DNA of 64,000 bases. Source: Lama guanicoe (taxonomy: Eukaryota). Every line of letters begins with the position of its first letter. Position 1 is the first letter of the stretch. This document shows positions 12,765 through 25,679 of this stretch, in pieces. The notes beneath the pieces are model-generated. The model had not been told where the DNA came from, ran no database searches, and saw nothing but the letters and a program-made list of their open reading frames with translations. The stretch spans positions 2,524,866 to 2,588,865 of the forward strand of contig MU053379.1 in the NCBI GenBank assembly GCA_013239625.1, in the 5' to 3' direction. The translations under genes and the position numbers were made by a program.

Positions 12765-13318
12765 AATTTTTAAATTATTTTTTTATTTATTTATTTTTGA
12801 ATGTAAGTGTAGTCAGTTTACAACGTTGTATTACTTTCTGGTTGTACAGCATAGTGATTCAGATATACCTATATCTATATCTATATATTCGTTTTCATAT
12901 TGTTTTTCATTATAGGCCATTACAAGATACTGAATATAGTTCCCTGTGCTGTACAGTAGGACCTTGTTGTTTATCTATTTTACACATAGTAGTTAGTATC
13001 TGCAAATCCCAAACTCCCAATTTATCCCTACATCCCGTTTCCCCCTGGTAACCACAAGTTTGTTTTCTGTCTGTGTGTCTGTTTCTGTTTTGTAAATAAG
13101 ATCATTTGTCTCATTATTTTAGGTTCCACATATAAATGATATCATGTGACATTTTTCTTTCTTATTCTGGCTTACTTCACTTAGTATGAATCTCCAGGTC
13201 CATCCATGTTGCTGCAAATGGCATTATTTTATTCTTTTTATGGCTGAGTATATTCCATTGTATAAATATACCACGTCTTTTTTACTCAGTTATCTGTCGG
13301 TGGATGTTTAGGTTGCTA
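12765..13318 (-). mobile_element. 5'-truncated cetartiodactyl L1 (3' UTR)
   Basis: T-rich tail, gatactgaatatagttccctgtgctgtacagtaggacc, aggtccatccatgttgctgcaaatggcattattt. Flanked by agga(c)ttttaat repeats. Confidence 0.9.
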
Positions 13319-16300
13319 GGACTTTTAATGATCAAACTATACTCATCTAGTTAGTCAGGTCTTTGTTTTTCTTGAGAAGGACTTTTTAAAAATTTTCCAG
13401 CCTTATCGAGATATGATTGACATATAATATTGTGTAAGTTTTAGGTGGTACACTTATATATTGCAAAATGGTTACCACCACAGCTTTAGCTAACACCTCC
13501 ATCATGTCACATAATTATCAGGTTTTTTGTGTGCATAGTGAAAACAGTTGAAATCTACCATCTTAGCAACTTTCAGGTATATAATTATTAGCTATAATCA
13601 CTGTATTATTGTCTATAACCGCCCTGCTGTACATTAGAGCCCCAGAACTTACTCATCTTAGAACTGGAACTTTGCATCCTTTGACCAGCATCTCCCCCTA
13701 ACCCCTTGTAACCACCATTCAACTCTGTTTCTATGAGTGCAGCTTTTTTAGATTCCACATGTAAGCAGCACCATATAGTGTTTGTTTTTCTCTGACTTCT
13801 TTCACTTAATTTAATGTCCTCAAGGTCCATCCATGTTGTCACACATGGCAGGATTTCCTTCTTTCTCATGCCTAAATAATCTCCATTACACATATGTGCA
13901 TATATATGCATATACATATATACATACATACGTACACACTGCGTCTTCTTTAGCCACTCATCTGTTGATGGCCACTTCGGTAGTTTCCATATCTTGCCTA
14001 CTGTGTGTAATACTGCAGTAAACATGGGAGTCCAGATGGTTTTTCAATATCCTGTTTTCATTTCCTTTGGCTTTATACCCAGGAGTGGAATTGCTGAATC
14101 ATATGGTATTTCTATTTTCAATTTTTTGAGGAACCTCCATGCTGTTTTCCATAGTGGCTGTGCCAATTTACATTTCCACCAATAGTGCACAGGGGTTCCC
14201 TTTCTTCACATCCTTGCCAACACTTGTCATCTCTTGTCTTTTGATGATTGCATGCTGACAGGTATGAGGTGATATTTCATTGTGATTTTGATCTGCATTT
14301 CCCTGATGATTAGTGATGTTGAGCATATTTTCATGTACCTGTTGGCCATTTGAATGTCTTCTTGGAAAAATGTCTGTTCAGAGCTTCGGCCCACTTTTAA
14401 ATTGTATTTTTTTGTGTTTTTCTGCTATTGAGTTGTATGGGTTGTTTGTTTATTTTGGATATTAACCCCTTATCAGATGTATGATTTGCAAATGTTTTCT
14501 CCCGTTCTGTAGGCTGCCTTTTCATTTTGTTGTGTCTGTTGCTGTGCAAGAAGCTTTTCAGTTTGATGTAGTCCCACTTACTAATTTTTGCTTTTGTTGG
14601 TTGTGCTTTTGGTGTCATATGAAAACCTTGTTGCCGAGACAAATGTCAAGGAGTTTCCCTTATGTTTTCTTCTAGGAGTTTTATAGTTTCAGGTCTTATG
14701 TTTAATTCTTTCATCCAGTTCAAGTTCATTTTGTTGGTGGTGTAAGATAGAGGTCCAGTTTCATCCTTCTGCATGTGGTTATCCAGCTTTATCAACAGCG
14801 TTTATTGAAGAGGTGTTCTTTCGCCCATTGAGTCTTCTTGGCTCCTTTGTCAAGTTCCAGTCAACTGTAAATGTGGGGGTTTGCTTCTGGGCTTTCTATT
14901 CTGTTCCTTTGGTCTGTGTGTCTATTACGCCACTGCTATGCTGTTTTATTGCCATAGTTTCAAAATATAGCTTGAAATCAGGAAATGTGATGCCTCTGGC
15001 TTTGTTCTTCCTTGGTTTTGCTTTGGCTATTTGGGATCTTTTGTGGTTCCATACAAATTTTATGATTTTTTTTCTATTTCTATGAAAAATGCCTTTGGAA
15101 TTTTGATAGGGATTCACTGAATCTATAGATGACTTTGGGTAGTGTGGGCATTTTGACAATATTAACTTTTCTGATCCATGAACATGGGATATCTCGCGAT
15201 TTCTGTTTTCTTCATTTTCTTTCATCAAAGTCTTGTACTTTTCAGTATACAGATCTTTCACCTCCCTAGCTAAATTTATTCCTAGATATTTTATTGTTTT
15301 TGATGCTATTGTGAATGAGATTGTTTTCTTTATTTCTTTTTCAGTTATTTTATTTCTAGTGCTTAGAAATACGAGTAATTCCTGTATGTTGATTTTGTGT
15401 CCTCCAGCTTTACTGAATGTACTGATCAGTTTTATGAGTGGAGTCTTTGGGATTTTCCATGTGTAAGATCACATCATCTACAGAGACAGTTTTGCCTGTT
15501 CTTTTCTGATTTGGATGCAGTTTATTTCCTTTCCTTGCCTGATAGCTTTCACTAGGACTTCCTGCTGAAGGAAGTGGTTGAAGAGGAATGGTGAGAGTGA
15601 GCACCCTTGCCTAGTTCCTGACCTCAGAGGAAAAGCTTTCAGCCTTGCATCGCGGAGAATGCTGTTAGTTGTGGGCTTGTTGCTACTGGCCTTTATCATG
15701 TTGAAGTGTGTTTCTTCTATACCCAATTTGTTGAGCATTTTTATCATGAAAGGATGTTGTATTTTGTGAAATGCTTCTTTCTACATTTATTGAGATGATC
15801 ATATTATTTTTACCTTTCATTCTATTAATGTAGTTATCATATTTATTGGTTTGCATATATTGAACCTCCACGTCCCAGGGGTAAGTACTGCTTGATCATG
15901 GTGTATGATCCTTTTGATGTTGAAATCAGTTTGCTTGTATTTTGTTGAGAATTTTTGTATCTATATTTATCAGGGATATTTGTCTGCAGTTTTCTTTTCT
16001 TGTAGTGTCCTTATTTGGCTTTGATATTAGGGTAATGCTGGCCTTACAAAATGAGTTTGGGAGTGTTCTATCCTCCTCAATTTTTTGGAGGAGTTTGCGA
16101 AGAATTACCATTAATTTTTCTTTAAATGTTTGATAGAATTCACCAGTGAAACTGTGTGATCCTAGGCTTTTCTGTTGGGAGGTTTTTGATTACTGATTCA
16201 GTCTCTTTGCTTGTTATGGTCTGTTGATATTTCCTATTTCTTCATGATTCAATCTAGATAGATTGTGTTTCTAGCAATTTATTTCTTCTAGGTTATCCGG

Positions 16301-16773
16301 TTTGTTGTATATAATTACTCATAGTAGTTTCTTATGATCCTTCGTATCTGTAGCATCAGTTGTAATGTCTACTCTTTCATTTCCGATTTTATTTGCATCT
16401 TCTCTTCTCCTTCTTAGCCTAGCTAAAGAGCTGTCAATTTTGTTTATATTTTTAAAAAACATTTCTTGGTATTGCTGATCTTTTTGATTATTTTTGGTTT
16501 CTAATTTATTTCTGCTTCGATCTTTGTTATTTTCTTCCTTCTCCTAACTTTGGGCTTAATTTGTTCTTCTTTTTCTAGTTCTTTGAGGTGCAAAGTTAGG
16601 TTGTTTGCTTGAGATCTTTCTTTTTCCTTAATGTAGGCATTTACCACTATAAATTTACCTTTTAGAATTGCTTTTGCAGCATCTCATAAATGTTGGCTTA
16701 TTTTGTTTCTATTTTTGTTTGTTTCAAGATATATTTTGACTTCTTCTTTGATCTCTTGGGAGGAATGTACTTT

Positions 16774-16955
16774 ATTTTTTAATTAATTAATTAATTAATT
16801 AATTAATTATTTTATTTTTCAAAACCAGAACATTTATTGTGTAACTATTTGTTGAAATCTTTAAGATGATCTGGATGCCGCAACAGCTGCCCTCTTGTGT
16901 TTAGGTGCCTCATCCGACTGGTCCCAGTGATATTTCATCTTTCATCTTTAGCACC
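16774..16955 (-). pseudogene. RPL37: 5'-truncated processed pseudogene of ribosomal protein L37, inserted in the L1
   Basis: Minus strand reads ...R*NITGTSRMRHL, then in another frame KRAAVAASRSS-stop, then an RPL37-like 3' UTR with AATAAATGTTCTGGTTTT, an A-rich/(TAAT)n tail and a degenerate TSD aggaatgtactt / aggagtgtattt. Confidence 0.88.
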
Positions 16956-18246
16956 AGGAGTGTATTTTAAAATGTCCATGTATTTGTGATTTTTTCAGCT
17001 TTCCTCCTGTTACTGGTTTTTAGTTTAATACCATTGTAGTTGGGAAAGATATTTCATATGATTCAAATCTTAAATTTGCTAAGACTTGGGTGATCTGTCA
17101 TACGATATAGCCTGGAAAATGTTCCATGTGCTCTTGAGAAGAACGTGTATTCTGCTGCTGTTGGATGGCATATGCTGTATATGTTAGGTTGATTTTGTCG
17201 AAAGAATGATTCAAGTCCAGTGTTTCCTGGTTGATTTTCTCTCTGGATGATCTATGCATTGTTGAAAGTGCGGTATTGAAGTCCCCTGCTCTTATCGTAT
17301 CGTTGTCTGTTTTTCCCTTCGTATTTGTTAGCATTTGCTTAATATATTTAGGTGCTCCAATGTTGAGTGCATATATATTTATGACTGTTATAGCTTCTTG
17401 ATGGATTAGCCGCTTCATCACTGTGTAGTAGCCTTCTTTGTCTTTGTTACTGTTTTTGGCTTAAAGTCTCTTTTGTCTGATGTAAGCACAGCTCACGCTG
17501 CTCTCTTTTGGTTTTCATCTGCCATGGAATGTTTTTCTTCACCTCTTCACCTGGAACCTACATGTGTCCTTAAAGCTGCAGGGAGTCTCTTGTAGGCAGC
17601 ACATTGTTCGGTCTTGTTTTTTAAAATCCATCTAGCCACTAGATGTCTTTTGACTGGGGAGTACAATCCATTTACATTTAATTATTGATAGGTAAAGACT
17701 TGCTCATGCATTTTCTTGTCCCCTGGCTGTTTTGTAGTCCTCTTGTTCCTTTCTTCCTGTCGTGCTGCCTTCCTTTATGAGTCAGTGATTTTCTGTAGAG
17801 GGACACTTTGATTCCCTCTTCTTTATCTTCTGTGAATCTACTGTAGATTTTTGCTGTGAGGCTTGCATACAGCTTACATAAAATATCTTATAGATATAAC
17901 TGTCTGTTATGTCCCAAAGACTTAATTTCAATCACACACAAAAATTTTACCCTTTGAACTACCGCCTTGTTGTGTTTCTCATGCCATAATTTACCTCTTT
18001 TTATGTTACACTATAGCTATTAAAATAATAAAAATTCTTGTCCTTTAATCTTTACACTAGTGTTAAGTGGTTAATGCTGCACCACATGGAAGTTTTACAT
18101 CTATCAAATTCATCAAATTCTACATCTGAAATATGTGTAGTTTGCTTTACAGAAATTATACCACATACAGTTGTTTAAAAACAACAGTTTTAGAGTATTC
18201 TGAATTTGACTATATACTTATTTTTGTGATTGTGTCTATATTTTCA

Positions 18247-18858
18247 NNNNNNNNNNNNNNNNNNNNNNNNNNNNNNNNNNNNNNNNNNNNNNNNNNNNNN
18301 NNNNNNNNNNNNNNNNNNNNNNNNNNNNNNNNNNNNNNNNNNNNNNNNNNNNNNNNNNNNNNNNNNNNNNNNNNNNNNNNNNNNNNNNNNNNNNNNNNNN
18401 NNNNNNNNNNNNNNNNNNNNNNNNNNNNNNNNNNNNNNNNNNNNNNNNNNNNNNNNNNNNNNNNNNNNNNNNNNNNNNNNNNNNNNNNNNNNNNNNNNNN
18501 NNNNNNNNNNNNNNNNNNNNNNNNNNNNNNNNNNNNNNNNNNNNNNNNNNNNNNNNNNNNNNNNNNNNNNNNNNNNNNNNNNNNNNNNNNNNNNNNNNNN
18601 NNNNNNNNNNNNNNNNNNNNNNNNNNNNNNNNNNNNNNNNNNNNNNNNNNNNNNNNNNNNNNNNNNNNNNNNNNNNNNNNNNNNNNNNNNNNNNNNNNNN
18701 NNNNNNNNNNNNNNNNNNNNNNNNNNNNNNNNNNNNNNNNNNNNNNNNNNNNNNNNNNNNNNNNNNNNNNNNNNNNNNNNNNNNNNNNNNNNNNNNNNNN
18801 NNNNNNNNNNNNNNNNNNNNNNNNNNNNNNNNNNNNNNNNNNNNNNNNNNNNNNNNNN
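18247..18858. other. Assembly gap (612 N)
   Basis: Run of N. Confidence 1.
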
Positions 18859-20343
18859 AGGAATGTACTTATTTTTTAATTAATTAATTAATTAATTAAT
18901 TAATTATTTTATTTTTCAAAACCAGAACATTTATTGTGTAACTCTTTGTTGAAATCTTTAAGATGATCTGGATGCCGCAACAGCTGCCCTCTTGTGTTTA
19001 GGTGCCTCATCCGACTGGTCCCAGTGATATTTCATCTTTCATCTTTAGCACCAGGAGTGTATTTTAAAATGTCCATGTATTTGTGATTTTTTCAGCTTTC
19101 CTCCTGTTACTGGTTTTTAGTTTAATACCATTGTAGTTGGGAAAGATATTTCATATGATTCAAATCTTAAATTTGCTAAGACTTGGGTGATCTGTCATAC
19201 GATATAGCCTGGAAAATGTTCCATGTGCTCTTGAGAAGAACGTGTATTCTGCTGCTGTTGGATGGCATATGCTGTATATGTTAGGTTGATTTTGTCGAAA
19301 GAATGATTCAAGTCCAGTGTTTCCTGATTGATTTTCTCTCTGGATGATCTATGCATTGTTGAAAGTGCGGTATTGTAGTCCCCTGCTCTTATCGTATCGT
19401 TGTCTGTTTTTCCCTTCGTATTTGTTAGCATTTGCTTAATATATTTAGGTGCTCCAATGTTGAGTGCATATATATTTATGACTGTTATAGCTTCTTGATG
19501 GATTAGCCGCTTCATCACTGTGTAGTAGCCTTCTTTGTCTTTGTTACTGTTTTTGGCTTAAAGTCTCTTTTGTCTGATGTAAGCACAGCTCACGCTGCTC
19601 TCTTTTGGTTTTCATCTGCCATGGAATGTTTTTCTTCACCTCTTCACCTGGAACCTACATGTGTCCTTAAAGCTGCAGGGAGTCTCTTGTAGGCAGCACA
19701 TTGTTCGGTCTTGTTTTTTAAAATCCATCTAGCCACTAGATGTCTTTTGACTGGGGAGTACAATCCATTTACATTTAATTATTGATAGGTAAAGACTTGC
19801 TCATGCATCTTCTTGTCCCCTGGCTGTTTTGTAGTCCTCTTGTTCCTTTCTTCCTGTCGTGCTGCCTTCCTTTATGAGTCAGTGATTTTCTGTAGAGGGA
19901 CACTTTGATTCCCTCTTCATTATCTTCTGTGAATCTACTGTAGATTTTTGCTGTGAGGCTTGCATACAGCTTACATAAAATATCTTATAGATATAACTGT
20001 CTGTTATGTCCCAAAGACTTAATTTCAATCACACACAAAAATTTTACCCTTTGAACTACCGCCTTGTTGTGTTTCTCGTGTCATAATTTACCTCTTTTTA
20101 TGTTACACTATAGCTATTAAAATAATGAAAATTCTTGTCCTTTAGTCTTTACACTAGTGTTAAGTGGTTAATGCCGCACCACATGGAAGTTTTACATCTA
20201 TCAAATTCATCAAATTCTACATCTGAAATATGTGTAGTTTGCTTTACAGAAATTATACCACATACAGTTGTTTAAAAACAACAGTTTTAGAGTATTCTGA
20301 ATTTGGCTATATACTTATTTTTGTGACTGTGTCTATATTTTCA
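18859..20343 (+). repeat. Near-identical direct copy of 16761-18246 (includes a second RPL37 retrocopy at about 18871-19052)
   Basis: Same sequence at offset about 2097 with scattered substitutions. The two copies abut the gap exactly. Confidence 0.95.
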
Positions 20344-22924
20344 CATTACTTATTAGCATCCTTTCATTTCAGCTTGGAGAACTTTCAGCATTTCTTGTAA
20401 GGCAGGTCTCGTGGTGACGAATTTCCTCAGTTTTGTTTGTCAGAAAGTCTATCTTTTTCCTTCATTTCTGAATGACAGCTTTCCTGAATAAAGTATTGTT
20501 GGCAGTTTTTTCTTTTAGCACTTTGAATATGTCATTCCACTCACTCCTAGCCTATAAAGTTTCTGCTGAGAAATCTGCTGACAGTCTTATGATGGTTCCC
20601 TTGTAAATTATGCATTTTATTTTCTCCTGCTTTTAAGATCCTCCCCTTGACTTTGATTTTTGACTGTTTTATTATACTATGTCTTAGAGGGGATCTCTTT
20701 AAGGTGATTTTGTCTGATGACCTGTGAGCTTCATGAACTTCAATATCTATATCCCTCCCAGATTTGGGATGTTCTTGGCCATTATTTATTTAAGTAAGCT
20801 CTCTGCCCCTTTCTCCCTCTCTTCTCATTTTGGAACTCCAGTGATTTGCACATTGGTCCTTTTGATGGTGTCCAATAGATACATAGGCTTTCTTCAATGT
20901 TTTTCATTGTGTTTGCTTTGTTCTCCTCTGACTCGGTACTTTCAAAGTCCCTGTCTTCAGTCTCACTGATTCTTTCTCCTGATTGATCAAGTCTGCCGTT
21001 GATGCTCTATTGCATTTTTCAGGCCATTCATTGATTCTTCAGCTCCAGAATTTCTGTTTGGTTCTTTTGGTGGTTTCTATCTCTTTGTTAGCCTTCTCAT
21101 TCTGTTTGTGTGCTGTCTTCCTGATTTTGTTGAACTGTCTTTCTGTGTTTTCCTGTAGCTCACTGAGTCTCCTGAAAACAGCTATTTTGAATTCGGTACC
21201 TGGTAAATTGGAGACTTAACAATGATCCCTGTCTTTAGGTTCAGTTGTCAGTGGTGTCATATTTCCTTGATTTTTTCATGTTCCTTGAGTTTTGCACTGC
21301 TGTCCTCACATTTGAATAGCAGTCACCTCCTCCAGTATTTGGAGAGGAAATACCTTCTCTTAGCCCTGCTAGAGATTCTCAGGCTTCCTCAGACCTTCTG
21401 TGGGTACCCCTGCTCCACTCTTCTTGCTCCATCTTGTGACAGAATTCTTAAGCTTGTATGTCTTCTTTGAATCCTGCAAAGCACCAGTCGAGTGCTTTTG
21501 TCTTCCCAAAGGTGGCGCTACAGCTCAAGTTTCTGGTCTCCCCCCGGCCCACAGATTCAGCCAACTTTCTCCATATGCTCATTAGCCATCTGGCAAAGTC
21601 TGCTCGCGCCACCACTGCGAGTGTACGCAGGGAGGCACCACAAAGTGGGCTGGCCTGTGGGTGGGGCGCATGGAGCGCTGGGGGTGCTCATGGGCCTGTT
21701 GGCGGGACCCCTGGGTAGACCATTCCCAGCAGCAAGTGAATGTGCTTCTTGAGAGAATCCACGCTGTGCACTTAGGGTCTGCGTCCTGTTCACGGCTTCT
21801 GAAGGTCCTGCCTGCTGTCATCCCAGACTCTTCCACCCCCAGTGGGAGCTCCCATTTCCATACTCTGGATTGGGCAGAAGGGAAGTGAGCCTCTCTGGCA
21901 GCATCCTGCGTAACTAGGGGAGCCCGGTGCTCACCCACACATGCTCCCTTACTCCATGGGATAAATTACTGGCAGGAAAGATCTTTCTTGGCCCTAAGCT
22001 GTGTTGCCTCGGAGGTTGGGTGTTGTGGGTAAAGGCAGACTGTTCATCTTATCCACTCCAGGGCATCCAAACTAGTATTTTTTTTGCTCCAGTGGAGCTG
22101 AAGCTTTTCCTCTGGAAACCTGAACTTCATCAAAGGCTCTCCCATCTGTGAGTGATTGTCTAAGTCAGTGTTCTCCAAGGGCTCCTGGACTGAGGCCGAG
22201 AGGGGCTGGAGCCAGTCCATGGGCCTCTGCAGGGTCCACAGCTGGGACTGAGATCTGTCTGCCTATTTCCCAGTGCACAGCCCCCTTGGTGTGCAGTGCT
22301 GGATCCCACGGCTCCCTCAAAGGCACTTTTGTTCATGGACGAATGCCGAATATTTGCTGTTGAGCAGGAGACAAAAACAAGGGATATCTTATACCACTGC
22401 GATGCTGATGTCACGCTGGAGAAGGCTTTTCATTCTTTGGTTTCAAGTCTGAGCCCAAATCACTTGATTTAGGGCCTAAGAAGGGCAGCTGCAGTGACCT
22501 CCTCCCTCATGTTCTTTCCCCCTCTTGTTATGCGTTGCAAACTTTCAGTGCGTGTACATGTCAGAGGAACGCTGCCGGCTGACAGTTTCAATCTCAATCC
22601 CACAAGGATCCTTCAGTGTCTCTAAAGGTGTGGACGGAGTCCAGCCTGATCTTTGGGAGGCTGTGCTGCCCCAGACATCAGAAGCTTCGTGCTCTGTGGA
22701 GATGTGACCATGGGCCTCAGTCTTGAACCGGAAGGCCAGGAGCAGGACCTGTCAACGGGGAGCAAGCCCTTCCAGGATCTGGGAGTGACTCTCCAGTCTG
22801 CACCAGGCTGTGTCTGGCGTCTGAAGCCATTCTGGGTTCGAGATCAGTGCTGTCAGTACCTTCCACCCACCTCCCTGGACCCTTCTCCCAACCACCTGGA
22901 GCTCCTGAGGCTGGCCCTGCCTCA

Positions 22925-23310
22925 CTGGAGCTGGAGCTGTCAGTCTGGCTCGCAGAAGCCCATTGTTAAATCTTCAGGAACTTTGCAAACTGGTTGTTAA
23001 ATGCAGCCACTGTTAAAAATTAAAATAAACAAACCAACAGTGGAATAAATTACTCAAAAAACAAAACTAATAGATACTCAAACTCATTACTTTTAATTAC
23101 TTTACTATGATTTGTCCTCTTGGGGTCATTTATGTCTGCGGTCTCTGTACAGAGGAAATACTGTAATGATGGCTACTGCACCTCTCTGCTCAGGGACATC
23201 ACAGCGAGAGCTCCCAGTGGGCCACAGCAGGAGTATAGGCACCACAGAAACTGGCAAATGTCACAATCAGGCTTCTCGCCCTCAGGGTCTATTAGGTGTT
23301 AGCCGGCACA
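22925..23310. mobile_element. MER63-like hAT-Blackjack relic
   Basis: ggctcgcagaagcccattgttaaatcttcaggaactttgcaaactggttgttaaatgcagcca. Confidence 0.55.
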
Positions 23311-25679
23311 CCACACTTCTAGGTCCAGGGATATCGAGGGACAGTACACTAAGCCTGGCCCTTCCCAAACCTGGCCGTGGCAGTCCCAGGCCACACGTGT
23401 GGCTGGCCTGACAGCCGTGCCCATGCCGTGGGGGAAACCCTTGACTAAAGGTTTTTAACTGCGAGCACTTTCTCTGGCTTGATCATTCCTCCGGGGAAGG
23501 TCTGAGCCATCACTGTGCTGCAGGTTGCTTTCCATAGCTTCATCCTTGTCATGCGGTGTTTGCTCCAAACTGAGATTTCAGGGCAGGGCCGTTGGAGGCC
23601 GAGGGCGGGTCCTAGAGCCAGACGGGCAGAGCGTCTGCCCTGGCATCACCCGCGGTGCGGGCAGCAGCCGTCCAAGTGGGCGGCGCCGACCCGTGGGTGG
23701 GCAGAGCCTGCCAGCACAGCCGTGCCCTCGGCAGCAGGCAGAAGGGGTCAGAGCTGGCAGGGGCCACAGCAAGGGCACCTCACCGTGGAGTGTTGTCACC
23801 CAGAAGGGGTGGCGACCGTAGGGCTTTTTAGATGGAAGCATGAATGGTACCATGCTCACGGCCTGTAAATGGACCTGCTGGTGAAGATGAGGCCACGGCA
23901 CGTGTGGTTTTCTAGCGATCTGAGCCTGATCCACCATTGTTGCAGTCCTCCCAGGAAAAACCTGAACAGCAACACACTCCTGGCTTTGCTCTCAGTGTAG
24001 GAGAATTAAAGACCCCTTTGTGGTGGAAAGTGCGGGGTGCCTGGCAGATGGACAGCAGCCAGCAATCGATGCCTTTTCACTGTACAGGTTAAAAAAAAAA
24101 AGCCCATCAAGTCAATTTATTTTTCCAAAAAACACACACGCACAAGGAAGCATTGGAATACTCCCACAAATTCATACTGAAGAACAGTGTTTCTCATACC
24201 AGAATAGTGACTTCACAGAAGCCCGAAGGGGAAAGCAGACACCTCCACCGTGCGTCCCTGCCCCGATGAGTCCATAATTCTGAACTTTTGTGAGTCGTCA
24301 CGGCCCGGGGTGAGTGATGAGGACATAACAGGTTGCAGAATTGGAGAACGTTAAATCTTTGTTCCTAATGGCAAAACATGTTTCTCTCATTTTCATCAGA
24401 ATGTGTGATCCCTGCCATTTGAAATCAGCCTCCAAACACAATGAGCCATAATAGCTCGTTACTAACAGTGGTCTTATAAATAATACATTCTTATCACGCA
24501 CACGCGCTCGCCGGGACGCCAGCGGAAGGTGTTTCAGGCCATCGACGTCGCGCTGCGCCAGCGTGGCTGTAGTCAGGAGGACATCTCCATGTGAACCAAG
24601 ACGCGTGCCAATTTCTCCTGCCGAGAGGGGGGCTGGCCGCCTCTCGCCGCACACATGGTAGATGGATTGGCTAATCAGCGTCTGCTGAGTCTTGGGCCTA
24701 AAATTACAGAGAAGCCAGACTAACTGCGGTTCCACAGCCTTTGTTCACGAGTGCAAACAAGACAAACAATCCCTTGTTATTTGGGGAAGAAATTAAAATG
24801 TTTGTTTTGGACTTTTGTTAAAGTGTCGGTGGCTCTATAAAACAGCTGCGTAAATCCAGCCTCTCACGGCTAGTATTTTGGGGGTTCTGTAAAGAGAAGA
24901 ACACATGTGGAAAAATTAATCTTGAAAAGTTCCTTTTGCGTCCCAGTTTGGGAGTAAAATACAGGGCATCTTACATTGACTTTCCAAGCACATGTTTGAG
25001 AAGAAATGGTTTTCAATCAGAAGATACATTTGGGAACAAATAGTTTAATACATCATTTTTTCCCCTGTGTTGTTTAAAAGAGTGAGCATTTTTGTAGCTT
25101 CTTTCTCTAAGAGGTTACAGTGTGAACCGTTTTTTTCTGACTGGGCGTTTATGGAATGATGCTGCATTCTTAGACACAGAGAATGCTAATGACTCCGAGT
25201 TCTCTTCTGCTTCCTGGATGGAACTGTCTCGAGAAATAAAGCCTGAACACCGGAAGGACTGGAACCAGTGATGCTGGTCTCTTGTAAGAGCTGTGAAAGT
25301 CGAGTCAGTCACCAGAATTTGCTTAAAACCCACATAAGAATCAAAGGGATTATTTATGTGAGAGTTATTTTTCTCCCCCCCAGTTTTATTGATATAACTG
25401 ACATACCACATGGTATAAGTTCAAGGTGTACAACGCAGTATTTTGATCTATGTACACATCACAAAATAGTTACCATCCATGAGTTACCTTAAGAACTGTG
25501 CATCCTCTCATGCCTCTTTTAAGGTTTTAAGTGTTTTCCTTGCAGAGAAGAATGAAATACAGAATTACTGATGGGACATAACAAAGAATTTCAATCACAG
25601 TCATCTCTCAATGTGGTATTAAAATTTGATAGAATTAAAATTTGTTGTTAATTTATAATATTTCAGTCTCAGATCAGCT

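Larger units (their letters stand above)
13385..22415 (-). mobile_element. Near full-length decayed LINE-1 (L1MA9/10-like 3' end, ORF2, ORF1, GC-rich 5' UTR), antisense to CFAP61
   Basis: ORF2 remnants in the ORF track ([62 protein letters not shown]...GDFNT). ORF1-like sequence at about 20.4-21.2 kb and 5' UTR at about 21.4-22.4 kb. Degenerate TSD cttgagaaggactttt (13371-13386) / ctggagaaggctttt (22416-22430). Confidence 0.92.

Noticed and set aside
14397..17421. L1 ORF2 fragments as an active retrotransposon
   Set aside because: Many stops, frameshifts, deletions and nested insertions.
18133..18883. 248-aa and 217-aa ORFs
   Set aside because: They consist of X residues translated from the N gap.
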